This document shows, in pieces, positions 30,696 through 41,265 of a DNA stretch of 64,000 bases. The DNA is taken from IMG/VR virus record IMGVR_UViG_2740892442_000004, one strand, 5' to 3'. Origin of the DNA: a virus (taxonomy: Duplodnaviria > Heunggongvirae > Uroviricota > Caudoviricetes). Each line of letters opens with the position of its first letter. Within the stretch, counting starts at the first letter, position 1. Made by a program: the position numbers and the translations under genes. The notes under the pieces were generated by a model. That model had not been told where the DNA came from. It did not search any database and saw only the letters and a list, made by a program, of their open reading frames with translations.

Positions 30696-31788
30696 AAAGC
30701 AGTTTGAGACTATTGGAAAGGATCTCAATCATCTTGATATTTTCAGGCGTCAAATTCTGCGAAAGTTCGGTTATCTTGTTGATAATGTTCTGTTTGGCAT
30801 CAATTTCCCCAGCTTTCTCATCTAGTTTTTTGGGTTCGATGTCTTCAGGTTTTGGCGGTGCGACTTTGAGTTTTGGATTGCGGCTGTGAATCTGGATATA
30901 GATCGACCGCCCTCGCTTAATCTCGCTGTATTCGAGATAACCCAAATCTTGGAGAGCTTTTAAGCCGTTGCGTATAGTCTGATTCTGCGAGCTGACATTC
31001 CTGCTACTCAAATTGAGTCGCGCACGCAATCGAGCAAGCGATACCGGCGCAGGCTTGGTTGGAAGACTTTCGATGAAGGTGTACAGAGCCTGTGCTGTTT
31101 CTTTGCGTGGTAGCTTATTGATAACCTTTAACTGCAAAAGAACCTTATGGTCAAAGCGATATAGTTCGGCCAGCTTCGGTTCTGCATAGAACACCACCGT
31201 ATCTTTCTGCTCGTTGTAGTCCACGCTATTGATGAGGTGCACCATCAGAAGCGAGATCTTGTTAGAGCCGTCGACGTTCTTTTCTTCATACGTTCTCTGG
31301 AAAGACAGAGTTGTACGCATGATCTTCAAAAGACTGTTTGTAAGCCGGTCGCGGAGTGTTTTGCGGATCTGTGACGATGGATAGCCACAAAACTTCGCAA
31401 ATTTCGTGATGCTTAACTCGACACGACCGTTAGGTTCGCCGTATTCTGCCAGCGAACGCACAACGCCCACCCACGTTTTGAAATCATGATCCATGTCGAG
31501 ACGAGGACCGGTTATCTTGATATCGGAATAGCCTTCAGAACGGGCTACTTCGAGCTGAACAAGCTCCTTTGAAGCATCGATCTCATTTGGCTTGTTACGC
31601 TTGCTGTATTTTGTCCCCTTGAGCGTGGGCACGAACAATCCCAGCCGCATCAACGCAATTGGTTGGACTGTATTGTTGCTATTAGGGACAAGTTCCCCTG
31701 TGTACAATTCAAGGGAACCTTCTTCAAAGTTGTCGAGATTATCTTCTACTTCTTTGTTATTTTTACCTTTTTTATTTTTTGTGGACAT
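30694..31788 (-). CDS. repA: Replication initiator RepA-like protein
   Basis: Gene bracketed by iteron arrays; start set at MSTKNKK (AAGG Shine-Dalgarno) because ORF N-terminal extension to 31908 overlaps upstream iterons. Confidence 0.6.
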   Translation of the reverse strand: MSTKNKKGKNNKEVEDNLDNFEEGSLELYTGELVPNSNNTVQPIALMRLGLFVPTLKGTKYSKRNKPNEIDASKELVQLEVARSEGYSDIKITGPRLDMDHDFKTWVGVVRSLAEYGEPNGRVELSITKFAKFCGYPSSQIRKTLRDRLTNSLLKIMRTTLSFQRTYEEKNVDGSNKISLLMVHLINSVDYNEQKDTVVFYAEPKLAELYRFDHKVLLQLKVINKLPRKETAQALYTFIESLPTKPAPVSLARLRARLNLSSRNVSSQNQTIRNGLKALQDLGYLEYSEIKRGRSIYIQIHSRNPKLKVAPPKPEDIEPKKLDEKAGEIDAKQNIINKITELSQNLTPENIKMIEILSNSLKLL

Positions 31789-31807
31789 GTGGACACCTTT
31801 GTCATTC

Positions 31808-31910
31808 AACCGCTGACAGCATACTTGATTTGCCGCTGACAGAATACCAAAAACAGTTGGCAGCATACGGTGAACCGCTGACAGACTATCAATTACCGCT
31901 GACAGCATAC
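31808..31910. repeat. Iteron array, 4-5 copies, upstream of repA (origin-proximal)
   Basis: aaccgctgacagcatac, gccgctgacagaatacc, accgctgacagactatc, taccgctgacagcatac. Confidence 0.7.
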
Positions 31911-31950
31911 ATGAACATGGCTTCAGACCAGTCGTGGCGCGGCTTACAGC

Positions 31951-32023
31951 GATCGGGGATCTTATTTGATCTATACAAGGATCTATCTATGGATCTCTTT
32001 ATTAGGATCTATCCTGTGGATAT
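31951..32023. promoter_or_regulatory. Origin-like region: six GATC sites plus DnaA-box-like site
   Basis: GATC at 31951, 31958, 31968, 31980, 31992, 32006; tgtggatat at 32015-32023 is 8/9 to TTATCCACA on reverse strand. Confidence 0.5.
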
Positions 32024-32109
32024 GTGAATAATTAAAACAGGCATTTACTACCTTCGGCGCACCTGGTGGGTTATCGTTGCCTCGGCTAACAATCACAGAA
32101 AAATGACAT

Positions 32110-32754
32110 ATGGATCTAAAACGCACGCGCTGGGTTCGTCGTCTTGAAGACGGCTCCTACACTATCGAATCAAATTCCAACCTGAATAAGCAGAAGTTGC
32201 TTTGTGACATCTGCGGTATAGCGGCGAAGTGCCCGATCTACGAAACCAGAATTAAACTTGATAAGGCTGGTGTGAATTTTCATTTAAACAGTTGCATCAG
32301 GTACGTTCCATTACTCGCATTTCGTAAACCGATCATCGGATTGGATGCTCCCTACTTCAACACACTCCGTTCAGGTGTGACGTGGCGAGATCGTTTATCA
32401 CCAGACAAGCTGATTTGCCTCGTATCCGCAGACACAGGGAAAATCATCCGTTTTGGGAAAGTAGACAAGGTTTACTCAGGCCCAGTAGACGAAATGTTGC
32501 GGAAACACAGCCGGTTTAATCATCTCTGTATGGGTGGTGAGAAAATCGAGAAGGTAGAAGAAGTGATCCGCAAATCCTACGGACACTTTCTGACCAAAGA
32601 TAGCCTGCTCACCGCAATCTACATCAGACATGTAAAACGTGAGTTCGACCTCGAATACCACAGCGAAGAAGAGCTTAACCTTGTTGACCCACGTCCAAAA
32701 GCTGGCGTCATAAGCATAAACGCAGCGCGTAAAAAGCCCACTGACGCGCTGTAA
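32110..32754 (+). CDS. hypothetical protein
   Basis: 214 aa ORF next to origin. Confidence 0.45.
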   Translation: MDLKRTRWVRRLEDGSYTIESNSNLNKQKLLCDICGIAAKCPIYETRIKLDKAGVNFHLNSCIRYVPLLAFRKPIIGLDAPYFNTLRSGVTWRDRLSPDKLICLVSADTGKIIRFGKVDKVYSGPVDEMLRKHSRFNHLCMGGEKIEKVEEVIRKSYGHFLTKDSLLTAIYIRHVKREFDLEYHSEEELNLVDPRPKAGVISINAARKKPTDAL

Positions 32755-33008
32755 CCCTCCAGATCGTATATTGGCGTAGATAGAATCTACGCCCCCTCAA
32801 AATAGCTCTCATAGCGTTCTACAGTGATCCTGTCTTATTTTTAGTCATACAGACAAGCAAAGTTGCGCCACGATAAATAGGTATATACTTACTTATAAAT
32901 TTTGTATATTAAGGCGCTCGTTTCATTCCTAACATACCGTTATGCATAGTTGTTTACCTCCTCATTGCTCTTAGAATTTGTATCAAAATAACCACAAAGG
33001 AAAAATAC

Positions 33009-34094
33009 ATGACTTTGCCATACGGCGTCATTTCTGACTGCCACTACCACAAATGGGATGCGTTCTCCACGACGAACGCTGAGGGGCTTAACTCCAGACT
33101 TGAAATACAGTTGGAAGCAACGAAAGAAGCAGCCATCGCCATGAAGAAGGCCGGTTGTAAGTACATGTTGGTTGCCGGTGATACATTTCACGTCCGAGGA
33201 ACTGTGTCCCCTTCTGTTTTGCATTACGTAACTGAAACGTACAAGTGGATTATCAACGAGCTTGATCTGACAGTAGTAATGCTGGCCGGTAATCACGATC
33301 TTGAAACCAACGATTCAGTATATAGCGCCAACGCAGCAGCATCGCTGAGTTCTATCGGCGTGGTAATCGTATGTGGCAAGCGCCCACACTCAATAAAAAT
33401 TGGTGATGTGACTGTCCACCTGATTAGCTGGCGTAACAATCATGCGGAGCTTATCAGCGATCTGAAAGCATTACGTAAGAGCGTAGAAGGTGATAATCAT
33501 GACGTTGTTATCCATACATCCATTAACAAAGCCATTCCAACAATGCCTGACGTCGGTATCGATGCGCAGGAGTTAAAGGATATCGGCTTTCGTCTCGTGC
33601 TTAGTGGGCATTACCACAACCACAAAGAGGTCATTCCTGGAGTTATCAGTGTCGGTGCACTGACTCATCAAAATTGGGGAGATGTTGGATCTCTGGCTGG
33701 CTACATGATCGTAAACCCGGACGGCAGTTTCAGTCACTACGAAACCAGTGCGCCTAAATTCATTAACCTGGAAGATGATGTTGCTGATGACCAAATTCGC
33801 GGCAACTACGTGCGTTTCCGCGCCGTAATTGAGAACGATGAAGAAGGCATTAAGTACCAGAACATCCTCAAAACAATGGGTGCAAAAGGTGTCGTGTGCA
33901 ACTTCATCCGTAAGTCATCAATGATGGAAGGGACAGCCAGCACAACTGAAACCAGCAAAATCGATAGCCTGGGAGAGTCGGTATCTGCTTATTGCAAGAT
34001 TGTCCACGATACTGACGGCGGATTTGATCTGAGCAAATTGGATATTTTGTGTCAGGAAATCCTCACCGAAGCGGAGAGTTCGGAGGCTGTGTGA
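33009..34094 (+). CDS. SbcD/Mre11-like nuclease
   Basis: Calcineurin-like phosphoesterase motifs DCHYH, GDTFH, GNHD, GHYH. Confidence 0.7.
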   Translation: MTLPYGVISDCHYHKWDAFSTTNAEGLNSRLEIQLEATKEAAIAMKKAGCKYMLVAGDTFHVRGTVSPSVLHYVTETYKWIINELDLTVVMLAGNHDLETNDSVYSANAAASLSSIGVVIVCGKRPHSIKIGDVTVHLISWRNNHAELISDLKALRKSVEGDNHDVVIHTSINKAIPTMPDVGIDAQELKDIGFRLVLSGHYHNHKEVIPGVISVGALTHQNWGDVGSLAGYMIVNPDGSFSHYETSAPKFINLEDDVADDQIRGNYVRFRAVIENDEEGIKYQNILKTMGAKGVVCNFIRKSSMMEGTASTTETSKIDSLGESVSAYCKIVHDTDGGFDLSKLDILCQEILTEAESSEAV

Positions 34095-34323
34095 AGCAAA
34101 GTCGTTATGGGAGCTTTCGAGACTTTGCCATCACGATGAAAAGACTTGAACGAGGCCAGACGGTGATGTTTCACAAGCCCTACCCGCCACAAGGAAATCC
34201 CGTAGCGTTTTATCTTGGAAGGTTAACAAGAAAAGGCGTATTGAGGCGCAGATCCTTCCCGGCGCATACGGAGTTCAGATTGAAAGAAGGCCAAAAGCTA
34301 ACACACGGTATCAGAGGTGTTAT

Positions 34324-36240
34324 ATGAAGTTTTTAAAGCTCCAGGTTGAGAATTTTATGGCTATCGCCAGCGCGGAGGTCGAGTTAGATCAGCGTGGTTT
34401 AGTGCTTATTCAGGGTGTTAATAGTGATGATAGTTCCGCATCAAGTAATGGCTCTGGAAAGTCAACTCTAATGAATAGCCTGATGTGGTGTCTTTATGGC
34501 GAAACAGCTCATGGTGTGAAGGGTGACGATGTGTTGTCTACCGACCATGAAAAGAACTGTCGTGTTGCAGTAACCATCGAGGATGAAGGCAAGAGATACG
34601 CAATCATTCGTCACCGTAAACACAAAGAGTTCAAAAATCGTCTTATCGTTCGTGGTGAAGATGGCGATATGACGAAAGGCAAAGATGCGCTGACGCAGGA
34701 GTTCGTCGAGCGTCTGATCGGTGCATCTAAAGAGGTTTTCATGGCTTCCATCTATGCGAGCCAAGAAGCTATGCCAGATTTACCTGGAATGTCCGACAAA
34801 AACCTCAAAACCATCGTAGAAGAAGCCGCTGGCGTTGACAGACTGACACGCGCCTACGCTATTGCTCGTGAGCGAGCTAATGCAGCTGCCGCACGTATGG
34901 ATGTGGTTAAAACCAAATTGGAGTCGACAATCTCGACCATTGAGGCAACACAGTCAGAAATTGAGTCAGCGAAAGCCTCCTCTGAATCATGGGAGCAAGA
35001 GCGTTCTAAACGTTATGACGATGCCCTGGCTGGGCTGGCCAGTGCCGAAGTTGAGTTAACGGAAGTTGAACTTGAGATCCGCACTCTTCCCGAACAGATA
35101 CGTGATACCGAGAAGGCAATCGAAAGTGAGCGCAAAAAGTTAGCCTCAAAAGAAGAACATGACGCCAAGTTGCTCAAAGTTCGTGGTGCGATAACTGATA
35201 TTCGGGCAAGCATCAAAGCTACAGAAAATAGTCAGGCTGATGCAATGAGCCGCGCGCGCAATTTTAAGACCAAAGCAGAAGAGGTTGGTACTAAAGTAGG
35301 ATCACCATGCCCTACTTGTGGCAAAGCCTACTGCGAAGAAGATCTATCAACGGTGAAGGAGAATTTCATTGAACAAGCACGTCAGGAAATTGGTCAGGCG
35401 AAGACACTTGCAGAGGCAATGGCTAAACACAAAACGAATCTTGAGAAAGCGTTAAGCATTGAGTCTGCCCTTGTTAAAACGACACCTGATGTAACGGCTA
35501 TCATTGCCCGGATTGAAGAGCTTACGAAACAACTCTCATCTTTGCGTCATCGTGAGAAGGAGGTTGTTGCTATTGAGTCTCTTGTGACTCGTGCTCGTAC
35601 TGAGGTCGATCGTATATCAAAAGAGATTAATCCGTTTATTGCTCTTATCGCCAGACACGAAGATAACTTGGTATCCAGTAAGTCTACCTTCAAGTCCTTA
35701 AAAGATGAGTTGAAGGCTATTCAGGAACAAACGTTGCTATTGGAAAAAGCTCGTCAGGTCTACTCTCCTGCCGGGGTGCGTTCTCATATTTTGACGTCTG
35801 TTACGCCTTTCCTGAATACACGCACTGCCGAGTATCTCAATACGTTGTCTGACGGGAATATTACTGCTGAGTGGTCGACGATGGATGTCACTAAAAAAGG
35901 TGAGTATCGCGACAAATTCAACATTAGTGTGCAGAAGAAAGGTTCAAGTAAGTCGTTCCAGACCCTCTCTGGTGGTGAGAAGCGGAAGGTTCGCATTGCG
36001 TGTTCTTTGGCATTGCAGGATCTGGTTAGTAACCGGGCGAGTAAAAACATCGATTTGTTTATCGGCGACGAAATTGACGATGCACTCGATACAGCCGGTC
36101 TTGAACGCCTCATGGGTATTCTGGAGTCCAAAGCTCGCGAGCGAGGTACTGTGCTGATTATCTCCCATAAAGAGATGAAGTCATGGTTCCGGGAAACTAT
36201 TACGCTGGAAGTTAAAGAGGGGCGCAGCTATGTCGTTTAA
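34324..36240 (+). CDS. SbcC/Rad50-like ATPase
   Basis: Walker A GSGKST, zinc hook CPTCG, ABC signature LSGGEKRK, Walker B LFIGDEIDDALD. Confidence 0.75.
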   Translation: MKFLKLQVENFMAIASAEVELDQRGLVLIQGVNSDDSSASSNGSGKSTLMNSLMWCLYGETAHGVKGDDVLSTDHEKNCRVAVTIEDEGKRYAIIRHRKHKEFKNRLIVRGEDGDMTKGKDALTQEFVERLIGASKEVFMASIYASQEAMPDLPGMSDKNLKTIVEEAAGVDRLTRAYAIARERANAAAARMDVVKTKLESTISTIEATQSEIESAKASSESWEQERSKRYDDALAGLASAEVELTEVELEIRTLPEQIRDTEKAIESERKKLASKEEHDAKLLKVRGAITDIRASIKATENSQADAMSRARNFKTKAEEVGTKVGSPCPTCGKAYCEEDLSTVKENFIEQARQEIGQAKTLAEAMAKHKTNLEKALSIESALVKTTPDVTAIIARIEELTKQLSSLRHREKEVVAIESLVTRARTEVDRISKEINPFIALIARHEDNLVSSKSTFKSLKDELKAIQEQTLLLEKARQVYSPAGVRSHILTSVTPFLNTRTAEYLNTLSDGNITAEWSTMDVTKKGEYRDKFNISVQKKGSSKSFQTLSGGEKRKVRIACSLALQDLVSNRASKNIDLFIGDEIDDALDTAGLERLMGILESKARERGTVLIISHKEMKSWFRETITLEVKEGRSYVV

Positions 36241-36973
36241 ATTAAGCCGCTCGCAGTTTTTGCAGGTATTTGCAGTGATGCAGTCGATAAAACTGATCAA
36301 TGGGCATACTTCCAATGGTGCGGCTCCACGTATTCTGTGGGGCAGCAACAATATTGACGGAGTACAATTCGCCGCGTTGCTTGGTCTAATATCCGAGACG
36401 CCATTGATGCAAAGTTTGAAATCACTACCACCTGGATGTATTGCGCCGATCCTGATTAATCCTTTTGTTGAGGGGGGATATCTTCCCAACGTCGGGCCTG
36501 GGTTTATTGCATCCCATGAAACTGAAGATCTTAACATTAATAGCGAAGGGTTCTTTGGGGGAATGGGTGCGCATCACTGTATGGCTTTCACGAACCTTAT
36601 TCGACTTGCCAATAAGCGGGTGGATAGTTTGGCATCGCCAGGTGATGCTTTTACTGGTTTCCTTATCCAAAGGAGGGATAAAAAGTACAGTGCGGACAAA
36701 CTACAGTTTGTTGGTAAGTATGGAGAAATGGTAGAAATCGAACTTCAGCTCCCTCATGTTTTAGCAAACGATAGTGCAGACAGTCGGAGGCTATTGGGCA
36801 TCATGCGTCATTTCATAGCAAGTGGTGTTAAACATGCCGCAGATAAACGTGTCACGCAGGAAAATGAGTATTCAGACTTTGCAAACTATCCCCAACCAAC
36901 GTTGCAAACGGCAATAGTAGCCAATTCGTTGGAGGCGAGATTATTGGAAAACCCTATATGGGGAACATGGTAA
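36230..36973 (+). CDS. hypothetical protein
   Basis: 247 aa ORF. Confidence 0.45.
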   Translation: MSFKLSRSQFLQVFAVMQSIKLINGHTSNGAAPRILWGSNNIDGVQFAALLGLISETPLMQSLKSLPPGCIAPILINPFVEGGYLPNVGPGFIASHETEDLNINSEGFFGGMGAHHCMAFTNLIRLANKRVDSLASPGDAFTGFLIQRRDKKYSADKLQFVGKYGEMVEIELQLPHVLANDSADSRRLLGIMRHFIASGVKHAADKRVTQENEYSDFANYPQPTLQTAIVANSLEARLLENPIWGTW

Positions 36974-36982
36974 GGAGACTAT

Positions 36983-37552
36983 ATGAGTAAAAAAATCAGC
37001 GTAGTTGGTGTTGATCCCTCAATGAGCAACTTTGGGCTTGCTGTGGGCACTTTAGACCTTGAGACGGACGAACTTGAGATTCACGGCCTTACTCTTGTTG
37101 AGACTAAAGCGGGGAGTAACAAAAAGACCGTTCGTGTGAACAGTGACGATCTGCGCCGCGCCAGTGAAATATGGCGTGTTGCGAAGCCAATCATTGATAA
37201 GGCAAATATGGTTTTTTGTGAGCTACCGGTTGGGAGCCAAAACTCTCGTTCGCAGACGTCTTACGGTATTTGTATCGGTGTACTTGCGTGTGTGGATAAG
37301 CCATTGATCCAGGTTACTCCAAACGAAATCAAGCATTTTGTCGGCAATAAACTTACTACATCGAAAGAAGAGATTATCCAGTGGGCTACGAAAAAACACC
37401 CTAAAGCACCGTGGCTGCGTCGTAAGCAATCTGGACAGGATGTTCTCGTGAACAAAAACGAACATTTGGCTGATGCGGTGGCTGCCATCCATACCGGTAT
37501 GCAAACAGATCAGTTCCGCCAGGTGCGCGATGTTCTTAAGTCTCTCATTTGA
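36983..37552 (+). CDS. RuvC-like Holliday junction resolvase
   Basis: N-terminal VVGVDPSMSNFGLAV and C-terminal EHLADAVAAIHTG resemble RuvC-fold catalytic motifs. Confidence 0.55.
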   Translation: MSKKISVVGVDPSMSNFGLAVGTLDLETDELEIHGLTLVETKAGSNKKTVRVNSDDLRRASEIWRVAKPIIDKANMVFCELPVGSQNSRSQTSYGICIGVLACVDKPLIQVTPNEIKHFVGNKLTTSKEEIIQWATKKHPKAPWLRRKQSGQDVLVNKNEHLADAVAAIHTGMQTDQFRQVRDVLKSLI

Positions 37553-37625
37553 TTTCATTGATAGGTAAGTGCTTATCTATTAACATGGGCCACTATATTT
37601 AGTGGCCCTCTTTATTTGGTGATAC

Positions 37626-39939
37626 ATGATAAGCATCGTAAAACGTAACGGCCAAACAGAGCCGTTATCCGAAGAAAAATACAACCGCGTCGTAATGTAT
37701 GGCGTAGAAGGCATTCGTGGTGTAAGCGCATCCGCTGTAGCAATGGGAGCTGCGGCCAGCATTTTTGATGGGATTACCACCAGCCAGTTGCATGAGGCTT
37801 TGGTTAAATCTGCCGCTGATTTGATCTCACCAGAAGCACCAAATTACTCACAGGTGCTGCCCGCCTGAACATTTTTAAAATCCGCAAAGATGCCTTCGGT
37901 CGTTACGACTATCCGAACTTCTACCAACACATTGTCAAGAACGTTAACAAGGGCGTTTATGACAAGGATTTGCTGACACATTATTCGTTTGAAGAGATCG
38001 AAGAACTCGGCAATTACATTAAGCCGAAACGTGACGATCTTTTTGGCTATGCAGCTACGGTGCAGTTGCAAAGCAAATACCTCGTTCAAAACCGTGTTAC
38101 TGGTGAGATTCATGAGGGGCCGCAACATATCTATATGCTGGTAGGCATGTGTCTGTTCCAGAATTGGGAAGACGACTGCGCTGGCAAAACACGTATGGAG
38201 ATGGTCAAAGGTTTCTATGACGTTACAAGTACGTTCAAACTGTCTCTGCCCACACCAATCATGGCCGGCGTCCGTACTCCAACCCGTCAGTTCTCCAGTT
38301 GTGTGCTGATTGAGTCTGGCGATAGTCTGAAAGGGATTAGTGCAGCTTCAGCCGCAATTATCGACTACGTTTCACGTCGTGCTGGAATTGGTATTGGTTT
38401 TGGCCGTATCCGTGCGCTGGGCAGCGAGATCCGCAATGGTGAAGCCACCCATACCGGAGTTATTCCATTCCTGAAGCATTTCCAGACGGCTGTTAAATCT
38501 TGTTCGCAAGGTGGTGTTCGTGGTGGCGCAGCAACAGCGTTTTACCCGATCTGGCATCTTGAAGTTGAAAGTCTGCTGGTGGTGAAAAATAACCGTGGTA
38601 TTGATGAAAACCGCGTTCGCCATCTTGATTACGGCGTCATGAGTAACCGTCTAATGTACCGTCGACTCGTCAGAAGCGAGAACATCACTCTGTTCAGCCG
38701 CATGATGTGCCTGATATGTACGAAGCCTTCTTCACAGACCAGGAGCTGTTTGAAAAGCTGTACCATAAATACGAAGCCGATGATTCAATTCGCAAGAAGC
38801 CAGTACCTGCCATTGAGCTGTTCTCATCTCTGATGCAGGAACGAGCGTCCACGGGCCGAATTTATATTGCGAACGTAGATCATATTAACGAGCATGGCGC
38901 TTTCATTCCTGCTCTTGCACCTGTTCGCCAGTCAAACCTGTGCATGGAGATCACTCTACCCACTCGTCCACTGGCATTTACCGACGACCCGAACGGTGAG
39001 ATCGCGCTATGCACTTTATCCGCTTTTAACCTCGGAGCCATCCGTTCACTGGAGTCTCTTAAAGAGGTGGCGTTCTATGCCGTTGCTGCACTGGATTCGT
39101 TACTGGATTATCAAGACTATCCGATGGAGGCAGCCGAAGTGCCTGCCAAAGCTCGTCGTAGCTTGGGAATTGGTGTAACCAACTTTGCTTATTACCTGGC
39201 AAAGAATGGCGTTCGTTATTCTGATACCGCTGGCAATAAACTGGTGCATGAAACGTTCGAAGCTATCCAGTATTACCTTCTTGATGCCAGCTGCCGACTT
39301 GCTGAAGCAAAAGGTGAGTGTGACTGGTTTGAGCAGACCAAGTACGCAATTGGTCAGTTGCCGATCGACCATTACCGTTCTTCATTAGACGAAAGTGGCG
39401 AAACCAACTTTGAGTTAAAGATGCCGTGGGAAGAACTGCGTGAACGTATTGCAAAATACGGCCTTCGCAACTCCACACTGACGGCACAAATGCCATGCGA
39501 GACTTCCAGCCAGATCACTAATTCCACCAACGGCATCGAACCGCCTCGTGGCCCGGTGTCGGTGAAATCTTCTAAGGACGGCATCGTTAAGATGGTCGTG
39601 CCTGAGTTTGAAAAACTGAAGGAACAGTATGAATACCTGTGGGATATGCCGGACAACCGCGGCTATCTGACAAAGGTGGCGATCATCCAGAAGTTCTTTG
39701 ACCAGGCTATTTCAGCCAATACCAACTATGACCCTTCTCGCTTTGAAGGCGATAAAGTCCCAATGATGACGCTACTGTCAGATTTGCTTCTCGCCTACAA
39801 GATGGGAGTTAAAACGCTTTACTACCACAACACCAGAGATGGGGCAGGAAAGCGTGATGACGACGAACCGCAGAATCCACTGACGCAAGCTGTAGCCGTC
39901 GAGCCAGAAGATGAGTGCGACGGAGCCTGCAAAATCTGA
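37626..39939 (+). CDS. nrdA: Ribonucleotide reductase large subunit NrdA, interrupted by two apparent frameshifts (about 37856 and 38695)
   Basis: ATP-cone (37626-37868), catalytic core (37970-38833) and C-terminus (38707-39939) in three frames; each closely matches enterobacterial NrdA. Confidence 0.7.
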
Positions 39940-40002
39940 CATATGGTGGGGGATATCCCCACCTTCTCTTTGATTTGTAAGCCTTGTTTAAACACATAAG
40001 AT

Positions 40003-40014
40003 AACAACTTGTTT
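40003..40014 (+). promoter_or_regulatory. Palindromic AACAACTTGTTT element
   Basis: Same palindrome family, about 30 nt upstream of nrdB start. Confidence 0.4.
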
Positions 40015-40045
40015 AAACGCACCAAAAAAGAAAAAGGAAAAACAC

Positions 40046-41188
40046 ATGTCATATTCAACGTTCCGTTTGGGTGCTAATGATGCAACCAAAGAGCCTATGT
40101 TCCTCGGACAATCTGTCAACGTGGCACGTTACGATCAGCAAAAATACCGTGATTTTGAAAAGTTGATTGAACGTCAATTGTCTTTCTTCTGGCGGCCGGA
40201 AGAAGTTGATATTTCGAGCGATCGTATCGACTTCAACACGAAGCTGCGGGACCACGAACGTCACATTTTTCTGAGCAATCTCCGTTATCAAACGTTACTC
40301 GATTCAGTTCAGGGACGTAGCCCAAATGCAACGCTGCTGCCGCTTATCTCTATTCCTGAACTGGAAACGTGGGTTGAAACATGGTCTTTCTCTGAGACTA
40401 TCCATAGCCGCAGCTACACCCACATTATTCGTGGCATGGTGGACGATCCGAGCATTGTTTTTGACGGTATTGTTACGGATGAAGAAATCATCAACCGAGC
40501 GATCAGTATCTCTGCTGAATATGACAGGCTTTATGGGATGACCTGCGAGCGCCAGTCGTTAGGTGAGAAAGAGTTTGAACGTCTGTACGTAAATGAATAT
40601 GGCTGGGAGCCATACCCTTTGCATCGTCAGCTTTTCCGCACGTTGGTGTCCATTAATGCGCTTGAGGCGATCCGTTTCTATGTAAGTTTTGCATGTACGT
40701 TTGCCTTTGGCGAACGGAAGTTGCTTGAGGGTAACACCAAAATTATGCGCTTTATTGCCCGTGATGAAGCTCTGCATTGCGAAGGAACTGAACGCATGAT
40801 CCGCTTCATGCGTACCGGTCGCGAAGGTTTATTGTGGAAAGAGATTGCTGCTGATGAAGAAAACGTCATTTACGACACCATGAAATCAGTCGCCGAACAA
40901 GAAATGAACTGGGCAGACTATCTCTTCAAAGACGGTTCGATGATTGGTTTAAACGCGGATATTCTGAAGACCTATGTAAAATACCGAACCAATCTGGCTA
41001 TGAATCGTCTTGGCCTGAAGGCTTTATTTCCAGAAGTTACCACTGATCCGCTGGTCTGGATGAACAAGTGGTTGTTAACCGACACACTGCAAATTGCACC
41101 ACAAGAGGCAGAGCAAAGCACATATCTGGTAGGTCAGATCGATTCTACCGTGGATAAGGCTTCTCTAAGCCAGTTTGCAGACCTGTAA
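40046..41188 (+). CDS. nrdB: Ribonucleotide reductase small subunit NrdB
   Basis: Iron ligand and tyrosyl radical context [19 protein letters not shown]; 380 aa. Confidence 0.85.
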   Translation: MSYSTFRLGANDATKEPMFLGQSVNVARYDQQKYRDFEKLIERQLSFFWRPEEVDISSDRIDFNTKLRDHERHIFLSNLRYQTLLDSVQGRSPNATLLPLISIPELETWVETWSFSETIHSRSYTHIIRGMVDDPSIVFDGIVTDEEIINRAISISAEYDRLYGMTCERQSLGEKEFERLYVNEYGWEPYPLHRQLFRTLVSINALEAIRFYVSFACTFAFGERKLLEGNTKIMRFIARDEALHCEGTERMIRFMRTGREGLLWKEIAADEENVIYDTMKSVAEQEMNWADYLFKDGSMIGLNADILKTYVKYRTNLAMNRLGLKALFPEVTTDPLVWMNKWLLTDTLQIAPQEAEQSTYLVGQIDSTVDKASLSQFADL

Positions 41189-41265
41189 ACCGATACAAAG
41201 CATTATGTGGCCTGGCAACGCTGGGCCACAATGGATCACAAGAATTAAGAAGGAACAAAACTAGC

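Noticed and set aside
31779-32027. ORF overlapping the upstream iteron array and GATC cluster
   Set aside because: The sequence is explained by iterons and origin-like repeats; the amino-acid sequence is repeat-derived.
34049-34327. 92 aa ORF bridging SbcD-like and SbcC-like genes
   Set aside because: Overlaps the SbcD 3' end in another frame with no clear start signals; cannot support as a gene, though a small linker protein is not excluded.
37626-39939. Group I intron or intein splitting nrdA
   Set aside because: Coding segments abut with only 1-2 nt frame changes and no intervening sequence large enough for an intron or intein.
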